Below, one piece after another: positions 63,073 through 64,000 of a stretch of 64,000 nucleotides of DNA. Numbering within the stretch: the first letter of the stretch is position 1; every line of letters starts with the position of its first letter. Under the pieces are notes generated by a model. The model saw only the letters and a list, made by a program, of their open reading frames with translations, had not been told where the DNA came from and ran no database searches. Source of the DNA: Macrostomum lignano (Eukaryota). The position numbers and the translations under genes were made by a program. The DNA lies in NCBI GenBank assembly GCA_002269645.1, contig NIVC01003836.1:10536-74535 (forward strand), given 5' to 3'.

Positions 63073-63788
63073 TCACTTCTTCTTTTTGCCTCCCCCGCCT
63101 TTCTTCTTTTTGCCGCGCATCGTTTTGCGAATCTTGTAGGAGCGCCAGAAGCTCTGGATGGTGGTTGCCGCGCTGATCATCATCTGCATCTCGTGCTCGG
63201 CCGCCCGACGGCGCTCCTCGGCGACGCGGCGCTCCTCCATGATCTGCAGGTACTCCTCTTCCAGGGTCTGCGGGTAGGGTGGGGCGTTGGAAGGGCGAAT
63301 CGCTTTACTATTTATTGAGTTCTCCTCCAGTGTCACGGGACTGTCTGCTTCAATGACGACTCAAGTAAAGCAGAAAGAAAGGAAAGTAATTTCTTAGAAA
63401 ATACGGTGCACCTATGGATAGTCTGTCCGAACAAACTAAATAGCTCGTAATCATTAAAGCATTGAAAACATTGCAACAAACATTAAAGATTTTGAAATTA
63501 ATGCACACCTTCGCTATTCTCTTACTGAAAACATGGTTTTTTTTACGTAAAAATCTTCTTATAGTAGCGAAGATTCCGCAAGTCCTTGTATTGTACGAGC
63601 GTACTACTTTTGGCCTTATGGTCATTTAACAGCATAATCCCAAAGAACTTCAAAATTCGTAATTTTTTGTCAAATCTGGCATATTTTATAAAAAATTTCC
63701 AACACATGCATTCAAGCACCATGCAATGGTGAGATTAGTCTTACCTTGAACCGCTCCTCCAGTTCAGACAGCTGCTTCTTCTCCTCCG
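63073..63788 (-). CDS. IQCD: IQCD / dynein regulatory complex subunit 10, last two exons
   Basis: Exons 63745-63788 and 63073-63267: EYLQIMEERRVAEERR..AATTIQSFWRSYKIR (IQ motif) and a Lys/Gly-rich tail. Confidence 0.85.
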
Positions 63789-63907
63789 CTGTAGGCGGCA
63801 TCAACGTCTTCGTATTCCCCTGTGCGTTGAGAAGGTGAGCACGTAAGAACTTTGTACAGTACCGCTTGAAAATAAGCCTAATTAGAGCACTCCTACTGGG
63901 TTGCTAA

Positions 63908-64000
63908 GCCGTAGCCAAGTGGTCGAGCGAGGCGCTCTCATGTGCCAGCGGCCCAGGCTCGATTCAAGTGCAGTCACATTAATTTGGGGATAAATTGGAA
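63908..64000 (+). mobile_element. tRNA-derived SINE, 5' part (cut by the window end)
   Basis: gtagccaagtggtcgagcgaggcgctctcatgtgccagcggcccaggctcgattcaagtgcagtcacattaatttgggg matches the SINE head. Confidence 0.8.

Overview
Eukaryotic (invertebrate metazoan) genomic DNA with spliced genes, GC-rich exons and introns full of minisatellites and MITEs. This style suggests a flatworm such as Macrostomum, but that is inference only. No CRISPR array, rRNA or intact tRNA gene was found. Genes reconstructed by hand from splice sites: an M13/neprilysin peptidase (-, 5' half, with a Mag-type Gypsy LTR retrotransposon in an intron), a SKOR/CORL corepressor (+), a PH plus tandem-PDZ adaptor (-), a head-to-head inverted pair of a small secreted 8-Cys protein gene, MDH1B (-, frameshifted), ARL1 (+), two paralogous orphan ORFs of about 180 aa (+), a divergent Rad6/UBE2A-like E2 with an intronless CDS (-), an annexin (+) and the 3' end of IQCD/DRC10 (-). 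Mobile DNA: several hAT-type non-autonomous elements with 8-bp target site duplications (TSDs), a Mutator-like foldback element with a 9-bp TSD whose empty target site is also in the window, a tRNA-derived SINE family, and relics of EnSpm-like, hAT-like and non-LTR elements. The best novelty candidates are the orphan paralogue pair (matching intron-spanning uORFs, plus a 440-bp hairpin before the second copy) and the palindromic secreted Cys-rich gene pair.
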